Below the pieces are notes generated by a model, which saw only the letters and a program-made list of their open reading frames with translations, was not told the DNA's origin and searched no databases. Positions 20,976 through 30,367 of a DNA stretch of 64,000 nucleotides are shown here, in pieces (position 1 is the stretch's first letter; each line of letters begins with the position of its first letter). The position numbers and the translations under genes were made by a program. This stretch comes from a virus, in the UHGV virus genome UHGV-0236300, one strand, 5' to 3'.

Positions 20976-21247
20976 ACCTTCTCGTTGATAAATTTACGGG
21001 CGGTTTGGTGAGTTGTTTCTGCTGTCTTCAGAATGATATTAATTTTATTGTCAAGATCATTCATCTCAGCAGTTAATTCAGGAATCTCTCCAGCATGCAT
21101 GGTGAAATCATACATAGACATACCCAGGATCTCATTGATTCGGCGGTTGCATTCTGCAGCACGTTGGTTCATTTTCCAAGCTAACACTAGAGCCTCTTGC
21201 GTAGCCTCTAGTGCAAAGTCTAATACGTCAGCTTCTTCTTTCGTCAT
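20972..21247 (-). CDS. hypothetical protein
   Basis: Overlapping stop/start with neighbours. Confidence 0.5.
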   Translation of the reverse strand: MTKEEADVLDFALEATQEALVLAWKMNQRAAECNRRINEILGMSMYDFTMHAGEIPELTAEMNDLDNKINIILKTAETTHQTARKFINEKV

Positions 21248-21303
21248 CTCAGTCTCTCTTGTTGTATTGTTGATAGGTGTATGAATGCTTTATAACTCAC
21301 CTT

Positions 21304-21870
21304 TTATTCAAACTGCAATAGCAAATCCACCACCGCGCTAGGTCTGTCAACAAACTCACCGGGTCCACATGCCCACAGAGGGTATCCGTCTACATACCGC
21401 CAAATCCAACCTGCAGTGTGGAGTTCTAGCAGGGCAGTACCGTCCTTACTGTCAACCACTCTTTCCCACAGTGTTGGGCAGCGAAGCTTGAGGATCGGAT
21501 CCCCTCCCTTATACCCATCCATGTAGATACCCATTGCAAAGTTCAGCATCATCTTTTTGTGCACTGACCTCTTACTGAGGGTGCTCATCACTTCCTCTTT
21601 GTGGATGTTTGTAAGCTTCTCCTTGGCTACCTGCAGATCGTTGCAGCCATTGTTCAGAAGATCTTCCAGACACTTGACCCGAAGGTCGTGAATATCTTTG
21701 TCGTGCACCGTTGGTACAGGGTCGTAGCGATATAGCACTGTTGATACAAGGTTGCTCGGGTGTGGGTCTGACAGCAACCCATAACCCCAATACTCCTCTG
21801 TATCTGAAAGGACAAGACACCCAATGTCTCTGTCAAGCTTTCCTGTGTTGTAAGCCACATTGACCGCCAT
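21304..21870 (-). CDS. hypothetical protein
   Basis: 188-aa ORF in minus-strand array. Confidence 0.55.
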   Translation of the reverse strand: MAVNVAYNTGKLDRDIGCLVLSDTEEYWGYGLLSDPHPSNLVSTVLYRYDPVPTVHDKDIHDLRVKCLEDLLNNGCNDLQVAKEKLTNIHKEEVMSTLSKRSVHKKMMLNFAMGIYMDGYKGGDPILKLRCPTLWERVVDSKDGTALLELHTAGWIWRYVDGYPLWACGPGEFVDRPSAVVDLLLQFE

Positions 21871-21872
21871 AA

Positions 21873-22118
21873 TTATAGCTCCACTAGCAAAGTGCTCTCA
21901 AAATGCCTCTCATGCAGACCACTATAAGGAACCACTTCCACAACACCGTCGCGGATGTATGGAGTCATCATGGTGACATAATCACCGAACGGGTTGGCAT
22001 TATCACTAACCACGACCACATGCTGCCCCTCCTTGGCAGAGTGCCAGATAGATCTGCACTTCATCATGTGTTCGAGAGCGCCAGGTAAAATCTTGTTACG
22101 TTCTTTACGGGTCTTCAT
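21873..22118 (-). CDS. hypothetical protein
   Basis: Packed minus-strand ORF. Confidence 0.5.
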   Translation of the reverse strand: MKTRKERNKILPGALEHMMKCRSIWHSAKEGQHVVVVSDNANPFGDYVTMMTPYIRDGVVEVVPYSGLHERHFESTLLVEL

Positions 22119-22564
22119 AACAGATATAGCTCCTTATGAAAGTGGGCTTTCAATTTCTCACCGAGAAACTTCTTGATACCTTCCTCTAAAGTGTTTTCGA
22201 TGTAGTCCAGCTTAACTGCTTCGATAGACATATCATAGATCGCCAGCTCTAAGCTGTCAAGTCCCATCATAGCATGAACCATAAGATTTTCATCTTCAGA
22301 TACATTCAGGGGACTTCCTATAACATCTGGAGGCAGAATAGTTTCCCAATTATTCTGGGCGGTAGATCTCCCGCCATCCACCTTACGTCTCAGCTCGAAT
22401 GTATTCTTAGTGTAGAACACTTCATAAGAAACGATACGACTGTCACTCTCATAATAGACGAAGTTCAAGTAGGAGCCCAGCCGTAGTCGGCAAACTTCTA
22501 CCCCAAACCATTGTTTCTTATAAGAATTCAGGCTAATGCTGTCGCATTCACGTTTGCTCAACAC
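22115..22564 (-). CDS. hypothetical protein
   Basis: 149-aa ORF, stop overlaps downstream start. Confidence 0.55.
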   Translation of the reverse strand: MLSKRECDSISLNSYKKQWFGVEVCRLRLGSYLNFVYYESDSRIVSYEVFYTKNTFELRRKVDGGRSTAQNNWETILPPDVIGSPLNVSEDENLMVHAMMGLDSLELAIYDMSIEAVKLDYIENTLEEGIKKFLGEKLKAHFHKELYLL

Positions 22565-22580
22565 GGCCCTCTCCTTCTTG

Positions 22581-22814
22581 TTAATCTTCGTAAATAATGA
22601 TTTCTGCTTTAGGTTTTCGTGCTTTCAGGTCCAGCTCTATCCAGTGCACCATCGCTGTTTCAAGAAAAACAGCCTGGATGCATCCGTCTTCAGCGTGCCC
22701 TACCAGCATAACAAGATCTTCACATTCATCATCTGCATCACGGACATACAAGATCTCTCCAGATTCAAAGTCTTTCACAACCTGATTGCTGGATAATTTA
22801 CGAATTTTTGCCAT
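22581..22814 (-). CDS. small protein, member 4 of tandem paralog family
   Basis: 77 aa; shares MAK...GxxxxV...FxxxxxxL pattern with the three 87-aa genes upstream. Confidence 0.5.
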   Translation of the reverse strand: MAKIRKLSSNQVVKDFESGEILYVRDADDECEDLVMLVGHAEDGCIQAVFLETAMVHWIELDLKARKPKAEIIIYED

Positions 22815-22815
22815 A

Positions 22816-23079
22816 TCAGAAACCCTCTAAAAAGCTCTTGTAGAAAATAATCTCAGTATCCACACCAGTCACGATCTTGTCGTTCCTGATTTCATCTGTA
22901 AGATAGGTGTCAAAACGCAGCACCTGTGTGGTATTGTCACACATCCACTCGGCTGTTACCATGGCAAAAATCTTAGCATCTTCATTATCTGGTGTAAATG
23001 TTACCACCTCACCGCATTTAAACTTTTCGATAGGTTGCGTGTTAGCTTTTGGTTCTGCAATGGTGATTTTCGTGGTCAT
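22816..23079 (-). CDS. small protein, member 3 of tandem paralog family
   Basis: 87 aa; abuts neighbours with 1-nt overlaps. Confidence 0.55.
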   Translation of the reverse strand: MTTKITIAEPKANTQPIEKFKCGEVVTFTPDNEDAKIFAMVTAEWMCDNTTQVLRFDTYLTDEIRNDKIVTGVDTEIIFYKSFLEGF

Positions 23080-23342
23080 TATTCTCCTCCTTCTTTTGAA
23101 TAGCTTGTCTCTCCAAGGATGGTAATTTTGGTGTCAAGCTCTGTAACTTTCATGTTTGGTGGCAGATCGTACAACTCATTATTTTCTAAATCGAACCCCC
23201 ATACACAATGTTCCCCTGTTTTGACAATCATAACTATGTTTTGAATGCCGTCTCCGTCACAACTTACCACGGTCCCACATGGAAAACTGTCTGCACGCTT
23301 TTTGTTCTTCACTTTAGAATTGAATACAATGCTAGTAGCCAT
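23079..23342 (-). CDS. small protein, member 2 of tandem paralog family
   Basis: 87 aa; MATSIVF...GTVV...FDL motif shared. Confidence 0.55.
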   Translation of the reverse strand: MATSIVFNSKVKNKKRADSFPCGTVVSCDGDGIQNIVMIVKTGEHCVWGFDLENNELYDLPPNMKVTELDTKITILGETSYSKEGGE

Positions 23343-23605
23343 TATTGTTCCTCCACCATAACTTCGCCAAGAATTTCTATGCAGGCATCCATTTCTGTAA
23401 CAACCAAGGTGTGAGGTAGTTCTGCAAACACCTTTCTGAACAGGTCAAATACCCCAACATATATGTTTGCAGGATGTGATCTCACAACAAGTGCTGTATT
23501 CACATCTCCAAGTTCATCAACAAACATCACCACAGTACCTGGAGCTACTGAAGACAGATACTTCTTAGTTTTACGGTTGGATGCAAATTTTAACTCTGTT
23601 GCCAT
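23342..23605 (-). CDS. small protein, member 1 of tandem paralog family
   Basis: 87 aa; MATELKF...GTVV...FDLF motif shared. Confidence 0.55.
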   Translation of the reverse strand: MATELKFASNRKTKKYLSSVAPGTVVMFVDELGDVNTALVVRSHPANIYVGVFDLFRKVFAELPHTLVVTEMDACIEILGEVMVEEQ

Positions 23606-23620
23606 AAATAATCTCCTCCT

Positions 23621-25102
23621 TTATTTAACGTACTCGATTAATTCCACAGTTTTCCCAAAGCTCGGGATATAATTTTTATTATACCCTTCAGTGAGAACCC
23701 ATAAAGTATCGTACTTTTTCCACTTGTTGTCAACAGCCTTTTGTTCAAAGTTATGCTCAAAGTAGAGATCGGTAAGGACGATGACATCTTTTGCATTCGG
23801 TATGTTAGCATCCAGATACTCGAACACGCAGGCGGCTGTTGTGCCCCATGTTGAGTGGACCTCATAGTTGATCATCTCATCGATGTTACCGCGAGTGTAT
23901 ACTTTAACCTCTCCAACCTCGGTTGACCAACAGAACATCGTAACCTTAAACTCTTTATACAAATTGCACAACCCGGTGATCTCATTGAACATTTTCTTTA
24001 AAGTTCTTTGTGAGATCGATCCAGAAACGTCTAAAGCCACTACAATATCTATAGTGTTTTCCGGATTACGACCAGGAACAATAACGTGTTGATTCTTGTT
24101 TATAGCTCCAACTTTTCGCATTGTGGTGGTCAAAGACCCAGATCGGCGACCAGGTTTTCTGTAGGTTAACTCAGCCTTTCTTTTAGATAACATACGTTGC
24201 TTAATAATATCTATATAATTGATTACAGGCTTGCCTCTGTTTTTGACAAACTCGCGCACCGCCTCGGGGCAACGACCTCCTGAAGCTTGCATTGCTGCTT
24301 CCAACATGTCACCAGAGTCCTGCATGGCCTGATCTTTATCAGATTGACTGATTACTGGTTGCGGCTGATCATACCCCATAGCCTTTCCAAGATCATCACT
24401 GGTGCCACCGTTCCCACTCATGTGATCATCGGTTTGTCGTTTATCTCCTTGGGAGTTCTCACCTTTACCGTTCTTACTTTTACCGCTATTCTGATCTCTT
24501 TGTTTATCAAGAACTGCATAGACGTTCTCAGCAATCCATCCATGAAACTCCATGTCGCAGTAGCAACTGGCTAAGAAGCCAAAAGGCTTACCTTTTACGA
24601 ACTCAGTGCTTTTCCCCTTCGGGAAGAAAACACAAGGAGGCTTGCTAAAGTCAACCACAAGACCTGTGTTGATAACGTGATCACAAGCAATATTGAACAG
24701 TTCCGGCTCAAAGCTTTTACCACGGACCAGATGATCACAGATAATATGCCCCACCTCATGTGACAGAAGAAAGGCCACCTCTTTCACAGATTTTGGGGAA
24801 TAGAAAACTTCAGCCATCTCAAACTGCTTGTCAGTCAGAGATGCTTTAAGAATGGTTTTACGCTCATCTGCCAACCCCATAATGAACTCAGGACTGTAGT
24901 AGATGCGTTTATGGTCTGTTGCCATAGTGGAGCACCATGTGTGGTTTTCTACGAACTGCAACCCTGACAACAGTGTGCCATAAAACGGCAGCTTTTCAAG
25001 AAGGTACATGCGAGCGGCCTGCAGCATTCGCAAGGCATCATCTTTTTGTGCGGTAATGATTTCTGAACTTCTGCTATCCATTAAAACTCCAGAAGGGGCC
25101 AT
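23621..25102 (-). CDS. VWA-domain protein with N-terminal HExxH metallopeptidase-like domain
   Basis: HEVGH zinc-binding motif; VWA MIDAS-like DVSGSIS; alternative start at 25081 if hairpin 25095-25109 is terminator of upstream gene. Confidence 0.75.
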   Translation of the reverse strand: MAPSGVLMDSRSSEIITAQKDDALRMLQAARMYLLEKLPFYGTLLSGLQFVENHTWCSTMATDHKRIYYSPEFIMGLADERKTILKASLTDKQFEMAEVFYSPKSVKEVAFLLSHEVGHIICDHLVRGKSFEPELFNIACDHVINTGLVVDFSKPPCVFFPKGKSTEFVKGKPFGFLASCYCDMEFHGWIAENVYAVLDKQRDQNSGKSKNGKGENSQGDKRQTDDHMSGNGGTSDDLGKAMGYDQPQPVISQSDKDQAMQDSGDMLEAAMQASGGRCPEAVREFVKNRGKPVINYIDIIKQRMLSKRKAELTYRKPGRRSGSLTTTMRKVGAINKNQHVIVPGRNPENTIDIVVALDVSGSISQRTLKKMFNEITGLCNLYKEFKVTMFCWSTEVGEVKVYTRGNIDEMINYEVHSTWGTTAACVFEYLDANIPNAKDVIVLTDLYFEHNFEQKAVDNKWKKYDTLWVLTEGYNKNYIPSFGKTVELIEYVK

Positions 25103-25109
25103 TGGCCCC
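25083..25109 (-). terminator. putative terminator hairpin
   Basis: GGGGCC-ATT-GGCCCC hairpin followed on minus strand by U-rich tract; overlaps first codons of longest ORF. Confidence 0.45.
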
Positions 25110-25114
25110 TGTCA

Positions 25115-26164
25115 TTATTTAACGTGCTTGAAAATACCAGCCAACTCGGTCATTGTCATGCGAGTGGTCTTCATAAGGTCTGTCATAGCCTTCTCCATGA
25201 TTGGAGATACTACCATGAAGTTACCTTTGGTGAAACCTTTGTTCCAGTCGGTAACTAATAGGGGTTTAAGTCCGGCACCGAGACGTTCACCAGTTAAAGC
25301 ACAACATTTTCGAATGTATGTGCTCTTAAACTGGCTGAATGACAGATCAACTTTCATACCTGCATCGTAGAACGTCTGGCAATAGAAAGTGTAAGCTTTG
25401 GCAATCTCAACATCGTCAGGCAGTGCAGGAACCTCTTCTGTAAGCTCTTCTTCGACCCCTTGAGGCTCTTTTTCCTCTTCGTAAGCCTGTTGCGTCATCT
25501 CTTCAATCTCCTCTACTACAGGCTCGTTTACAATGTCAGAAATGTGCTTGTTGGCTCCACGATTAGCCATGAAGTTTTTAAAATCCTGCATTGGTGACAT
25601 ATCTTCCTCCCATTCTTCGTCAAAGAGTGCTAGTTTATCCTCTTCCGTTCCATATTGCAAGATGAAATCTTCAAAAGTGTAATCACCTTTCAATTTCTCC
25701 ATACGCTCTTCGCTCAGGTGGAGCATCATCTGCTGGACAATTTTTCGATCAGTTTTGTCTTTAATCAAGACTGCGGTCTTTTTATCTACCAGACAGTCCT
25801 TTAGAGAGTTGCATCTCAATCCTACCACACAACAGTTATCAACCGCATAAGGACCTTCATCATCTATCCGCTCTAGAGATGGGTAGAAAGGATTTCCCAG
25901 TCCGTTTTCATCTGTGTGCATGTCGAAAGGTATAAGGGTATAGTCGCATACTCCCTCTCCTAAAAGTTTTTTACCAAATAGGAGATATTCTTCCCATGAC
26001 AGGTTGAACTCTATATCCCGTTTCCGTGCGTTATTCTGTTTGCGTCTGTATTTTTTGAGCAAGCGCTCTAACTCTTCTGGTGTATAATATTTTTCAAGAT
26101 TCATGAGTTGTCTCTTGTTCTCTGTGGGTGGAGAAATCTTACCAAGTGCCTGAGAAGATGTCAA
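25115..26164 (-). CDS. hypothetical acidic protein, possible degenerate HNH/Zn-finger-like N-terminus
   Basis: 349-aa ORF; N-terminal ERIDDEGPY...NCCVVGLRCNSLK loosely HNH-like; Glu-rich C-terminal half. Confidence 0.55.
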   Translation of the reverse strand: MTSSQALGKISPPTENKRQLMNLEKYYTPEELERLLKKYRRKQNNARKRDIEFNLSWEEYLLFGKKLLGEGVCDYTLIPFDMHTDENGLGNPFYPSLERIDDEGPYAVDNCCVVGLRCNSLKDCLVDKKTAVLIKDKTDRKIVQQMMLHLSEERMEKLKGDYTFEDFILQYGTEEDKLALFDEEWEEDMSPMQDFKNFMANRGANKHISDIVNEPVVEEIEEMTQQAYEEEKEPQGVEEELTEEVPALPDDVEIAKAYTFYCQTFYDAGMKVDLSFSQFKSTYIRKCCALTGERLGAGLKPLLVTDWNKGFTKGNFMVVSPIMEKAMTDLMKTTRMTMTELAGIFKHVK

Positions 26165-26177
26165 CCTGAAAAACGTA

Positions 26178-26206
26178 TTGACTTTACTCTAAATCCACGA
26201 TATAGT
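26178..26206 (+). promoter_or_regulatory. sigma70-like promoter
   Basis: TTGACT-17-TATAGT upstream of 26247 in divergent intergenic region. Confidence 0.55.
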
Positions 26207-26246
26207 GCACCCATTCAAAAGAAAACTAACATAGGAGCACTTACTC

Positions 26247-27146
26247 ATGGCAAATCTTAACAGTTTTAGCACCAGGTGGAAACAAGATATCACAACCAAT
26301 CTCTCAGCAGGTGATATCCTTTCTGCAATTTACGAGGCTTTGGATGATAAAGCTACTTCAAAATCGGTTTGTACTAATCCGCTAATCCCTGTAGTGATGA
26401 AGGTAATTGAGCGGAGGTTGGTATCTGGGTCAGATAAGTGGACATACCTTGATAATGGAGGGCATACTTACTCCAACGGATATGTTGATATAAAAGTGGA
26501 ATACGCAGTATCATACCGCCGGAGCGGTTCTGTAACTTTCAACTTCTCTGGAGGTTTCCGATCTCTGGCAACTTCACCTTTTGTTTCCTCAGAGGAGAAG
26601 TATGAGCTGCCATTTCTTTGGATGATGGCTAACGCGACAGGAAAAACCCCCGTTAGCATCCGAGTAAAATACAACTACAACGGATCTAGTAAGATCTATG
26701 CCGAGAGTGTCTCAGCAAGTTTTTATTTTGTGATGGGGGATGGAATCCTCAAACATATAAAGATGTGCGATATGCATGATGTTATAAATGAAGTGACTGA
26801 TAAGAATGTCCTAGTGAAAGACCTCAATAATTTTTATACACCTGGAGACTATTACGTCAACCGCCCACTGTGCATCTTTAATGCCGCACACCCTTTAGGT
26901 GAGTATTTGATCGCCAATAGCGATATTGCCAATAATCGCTTCGAGGTAGCAAGAGTACAGAATGAGGTGTTGACATCTTGCAAGAGCGGTGATAAGTTTA
27001 CCGAAGAAGAGATGGGTGTTTTAGAGATGATGGGATATAAGTGTAGCCTTTGGGTAGATGAGGTGTTTAATGACGGCATCTATGGACAGGATATTTACCC
27101 ACTAAAGAAGTATACTGATTCCAGTTTAATTTACGCGGAGATTTGA
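26247..27146 (+). CDS. hypothetical protein
   Basis: RBS AGGAG; first gene of plus-strand block. Confidence 0.6.
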   Translation: MANLNSFSTRWKQDITTNLSAGDILSAIYEALDDKATSKSVCTNPLIPVVMKVIERRLVSGSDKWTYLDNGGHTYSNGYVDIKVEYAVSYRRSGSVTFNFSGGFRSLATSPFVSSEEKYELPFLWMMANATGKTPVSIRVKYNYNGSSKIYAESVSASFYFVMGDGILKHIKMCDMHDVINEVTDKNVLVKDLNNFYTPGDYYVNRPLCIFNAAHPLGEYLIANSDIANNRFEVARVQNEVLTSCKSGDKFTEEEMGVLEMMGYKCSLWVDEVFNDGIYGQDIYPLKKYTDSSLIYAEI

Positions 27147-27148
27147 CT

Positions 27149-27421
27149 ATGATGAAGTCATGTGGTAGTGTATATTATGTTGGTGAGAATGTTCAGGCAG
27201 ATAGTGTGTGGAAATCCATTAAGTCCACCACCGATGATGCCTTCTTGAGCGGGTTATGTTTCCCCAATCCTGGGGACATTCTCCCTCACCCTGGGGATTT
27301 TGTTGTCAACAAGACAGACGGTTATACCGTGTGCCTGATGGTTGAAAAAATCTTTTTAGACACTAGACACAATCACCGTCTTGTGCTAAAATTTCAAGAA
27401 TGTAAAATGACAGTTGCCTAA
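27149..27421 (+). CDS. hypothetical protein
   Basis: ATG at 27149 preferred over in-frame TTG at 27143. Confidence 0.5.
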   Translation: MMKSCGSVYYVGENVQADSVWKSIKSTTDDAFLSGLCFPNPGDILPHPGDFVVNKTDGYTVCLMVEKIFLDTRHNHRLVLKFQECKMTVA

Positions 27422-27433
27422 GGAGGCCTATCA

Positions 27434-27790
27434 ATGTCTAAAGTTACTTATCGTGCAGCTATTTACTGCAATGAGCAACCAATCAATAGTGATGGTCACT
27501 GCTTTTTTAAAGAAAATCAGTTGGGCTGTATTGCCCTCCCTGATGAAGGGGAAGGTTATATGATTGCATTGACAGGGTTTGAGCCTGAAGCCTTGGAAGC
27601 CAATCTGGACTACCTGGTAGAGAAGGGTGCTGCAGACTTGGTTGCCAATGGCCTCTCCATAAGCCTTGAAGAAGTGGAGCGCTTCATGGGCAATTACCGT
27701 GTAGTGCGTGAGTTTACTGTCGAGGTGGAAACTCCAGAGTGGGGTGGTACTGAAACTAATGCTGAAGAAAAAGAAGAGGAGGCAGAATAA
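27434..27790 (+). CDS. hypothetical protein
   Basis: RBS AAGGAGG; acidic C-terminus. Confidence 0.55.
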   Translation: MSKVTYRAAIYCNEQPINSDGHCFFKENQLGCIALPDEGEGYMIALTGFEPEALEANLDYLVEKGAADLVANGLSISLEEVERFMGNYRVVREFTVEVETPEWGGTETNAEEKEEEAE

Positions 27791-28047
27791 TGAAAGTGCA
27801 AATCTTAACTAATGCCGAGAAGATGTTTATCGAAGATACGCCTTTTGAAACTGGTGAGCTACAGTTTGTATATTTTGTTGACTTAGATAAGGTTTTTCCT
27901 GCGCTGAATCTGGGTTTGGAGAAAGTACCTTATAAAACTCTATGCCAGGTTGTCCGTGCCTTAGCGGCAGATGGAGAGTTCCACACCTTTGAAGATATCC
28001 AGACCTATGGGTATCTTGAACTGCAACGAGAAGAAGAGGTAGACTGA
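27790..28047 (+). CDS. hypothetical protein
   Basis: TAATG overlap with upstream gene. Confidence 0.5.
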   Translation: MKVQILTNAEKMFIEDTPFETGELQFVYFVDLDKVFPALNLGLEKVPYKTLCQVVRALAADGEFHTFEDIQTYGYLELQREEEVD

Positions 28048-28049
28048 TA

Positions 28050-28430
28050 ATGGCCCAGTGGAAGACAACAGTTGACCTTCATGATCAGTGGTTAGGACGC
28101 ATAACTGAAGACGGGAAACTGGTAGAGTGGGACAACAAACATGTTAGCGAGTTGGCAAGTATTGTGGCTGGCAAGTTACGCTCCAAGTTCCCTGAACGGC
28201 TGGATCCTGATAGTTCAAAGTTCGATCCTGAGTTGGAGGATGTTGTATACTACTTCGATACCGTTGATGACTACGACGCGTGGTTTGCAGCACGGGAGCT
28301 TTACCCACAAGGCTCTGCTATGCGCAAGATGGAAGAAGATTATCCTCCGTGTGAGCAATTCAATAGTGCAATGACTTGCCTCTATGATTGGGCAGATAAG
28401 AACCTTGTCTGGATTCGGACTGCATTTTAG
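28050..28430 (+). CDS. hypothetical protein
   Basis: 126-aa ORF tightly following. Confidence 0.55.
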   Translation: MAQWKTTVDLHDQWLGRITEDGKLVEWDNKHVSELASIVAGKLRSKFPERLDPDSSKFDPELEDVVYYFDTVDDYDAWFAARELYPQGSAMRKMEEDYPPCEQFNSAMTCLYDWADKNLVWIRTAF

Positions 28431-28474
28431 TGGGTAGGGATGGCGGCAAGGATGCTGCTTAAGGAGCAGTAGAG

Positions 28475-28744
28475 ATGTTATACCAGCAGTACGAACTTCG
28501 TGCAGAAAAAGAATTAAATTTTGACAAAGATATCCACAGATATTATTATGGGAAAGTTAGAGGGCAAGCAAGAAAGTGTACTCCAACACTCTTTTATGCC
28601 AGCAGACGACTAGCGCCAGAAGAGGCAACAGCAGAAAGGGTTGCATATGGCTGGAGAGTTGCGTATGATATTGACAGATCCGATGTGATGTCTGTTTTGG
28701 AAAACTTTGAAAACACTTACACACAAGTAGAGGACTTTTACTAA
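28475..28744 (+). CDS. hypothetical protein
   Basis: RBS AAGGAG; stop overlaps next start. Confidence 0.5.
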   Translation: MLYQQYELRAEKELNFDKDIHRYYYGKVRGQARKCTPTLFYASRRLAPEEATAERVAYGWRVAYDIDRSDVMSVLENFENTYTQVEDFY

Positions 28745-29928
28745 TGTCAAGAAACGTATTCGAAAGTGGTCAAATCACTGTCCGCGAGTTGCCAGCTATT
28801 ATTCAATTTGCCCAGCGTCATAACCGATCTGTCCTGATTTTAGGACCGATGGGCGTGGGGAAGAGCCAGGTGATGAAGCAGATTGCTGATAATATGTTCG
28901 GTGAGCGAGATGACAACCTGGTTGACGTGCGGTTGTCAGATAAAGATCCTGCTGACTTATCTGGGCTACCTATCCCTGTAGAGTCGGATGGGACTACACG
29001 CACAGTGTTTGCAATTCCAGAATTTTGGCCTGCAGATCCGGACTGGAGCGGAATTATCTTTCTAGATGAGCTTACTCATGCAGATAACTACCTGCAGAAG
29101 GTTGCAATGCAAATTATGCTCGACCACAAGTGCGGCACCTATGCATTTCCTAAGGGCTCTGTTTTTGTAGCTGCAGGTAACCGTGCTACAGACGGTGCTG
29201 TTCTTTCGGCGCTCGAAGCTCCTCTAGCTAACCGCTTTATCATTGTAGAAGTTACAAGCAGTGCAGAGGTGTTTATTGAGGACTATGCATTCCTTAATGG
29301 GGTGCACTCCTCGGTAATTGGATATCTGAAAAGAGTCCCATCAGCCATCGATAATTATGAGGCCATGGCTGAGATTAATTGTCCATCTTTTGCTACACCG
29401 CGATCTTGGGTTGCTGCATCTGACATCCTGCACGATTTTGACAGCGGTATTATTTCTGACGCTATGGCCCGTGTCCTTCTACAAGGTGCAATTGGTCACA
29501 CTGCAGCGGTAGAAATTTGGACCTACCACACCAAGAAACGAAACTTGCCAGAAATCGGTCGGATTATGGCAGGAGGCTGCAAAGAATATGTAGGTCCTAA
29601 GCAGCCAGACATCTTGTGGATTCTGGGGTCTGAAGGTTGTATCGCTATTCGTAATATGATGGAAAATGCAAGTATCTCCGACGAAGATCTCGTCAGCTGT
29701 GTGGCAAACTTCCTTGATTTCCTTTGGGAAAATTTCAAGGATGAGAACCGAGACTTTGTATTCTCAGTCTTTATGGCGATGATGAAACCTAACGCCTTAG
29801 GAAATGCCTTACTTATTGGTAAAGGCAGGGACAAGATCGTTGCTCAGCTGATCAAAGCATACCCAAACCTGATGAAGATTGTAAAAGAGTTTGGTGAAGA
29901 GTTTAGCGCCATTTTAGCTAAAGCTTGA
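28744..29928 (+). CDS. AAA+ ATPase, MoxR/CobS-like (AAA_5 type)
   Basis: Walker A GPMGVGKS, Walker B IIFLDELTHA, sensor region FVAAGNRATDG. Confidence 0.8.
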   Translation: MSRNVFESGQITVRELPAIIQFAQRHNRSVLILGPMGVGKSQVMKQIADNMFGERDDNLVDVRLSDKDPADLSGLPIPVESDGTTRTVFAIPEFWPADPDWSGIIFLDELTHADNYLQKVAMQIMLDHKCGTYAFPKGSVFVAAGNRATDGAVLSALEAPLANRFIIVEVTSSAEVFIEDYAFLNGVHSSVIGYLKRVPSAIDNYEAMAEINCPSFATPRSWVAASDILHDFDSGIISDAMARVLLQGAIGHTAAVEIWTYHTKKRNLPEIGRIMAGGCKEYVGPKQPDILWILGSEGCIAIRNMMENASISDEDLVSCVANFLDFLWENFKDENRDFVFSVFMAMMKPNALGNALLIGKGRDKIVAQLIKAYPNLMKIVKEFGEEFSAILAKA

Positions 29929-29937
29929 GGAGGTTGT

Positions 29938-30318
29938 ATGGCTAAAGTAGGTAAGCGGGGAAACTACCTAGTGGTATTGACCGAGGAGCCGGAGAAGGAG
30001 TACGAATGCAGCTCCACTTGTGTGATCGATATCCGAGAAAAAGATGTGGATGAAATCTGGTTTAAAATACTGGACGCTTGCGACAGCAGTGACTATTTCT
30101 TCATCTATGTCAACGATAAAGCGGGGTTCTTCCATGACGATGGGGAATTACCGTATGAAATCTATGAACTTGTAGAGGCTTGCCATCGTGGAGATGCGGA
30201 GTTGTTTGGTCTACGGCTGAAAAGCGGTAAATTCTTCTATCAAGATGAATGCATGAATCTTCACAACTTCGTAGAGGGGACTTGCAACGATGGAGAGATT
30301 TTGGCACACTACGATTAA
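29938..30318 (+). CDS. hypothetical protein
   Basis: RBS GAGGAGG; terminator follows. Confidence 0.55.
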   Translation: MAKVGKRGNYLVVLTEEPEKEYECSSTCVIDIREKDVDEIWFKILDACDSSDYFFIYVNDKAGFFHDDGELPYEIYELVEACHRGDAELFGLRLKSGKFFYQDECMNLHNFVEGTCNDGEILAHYD

Positions 30319-30329
30319 TTTCTAAGACA

Positions 30330-30358
30330 CACCCCGCTTCGGCGGGGATTTTCTATTT
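30330..30358 (+). terminator. rho-independent terminator
   Basis: CCCCGC-TTCG-GCGGGG hairpin (same 16-mer as at 3909-3924) followed by T-run. Confidence 0.75.
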
Positions 30359-30367
30359 GGAGCTATT

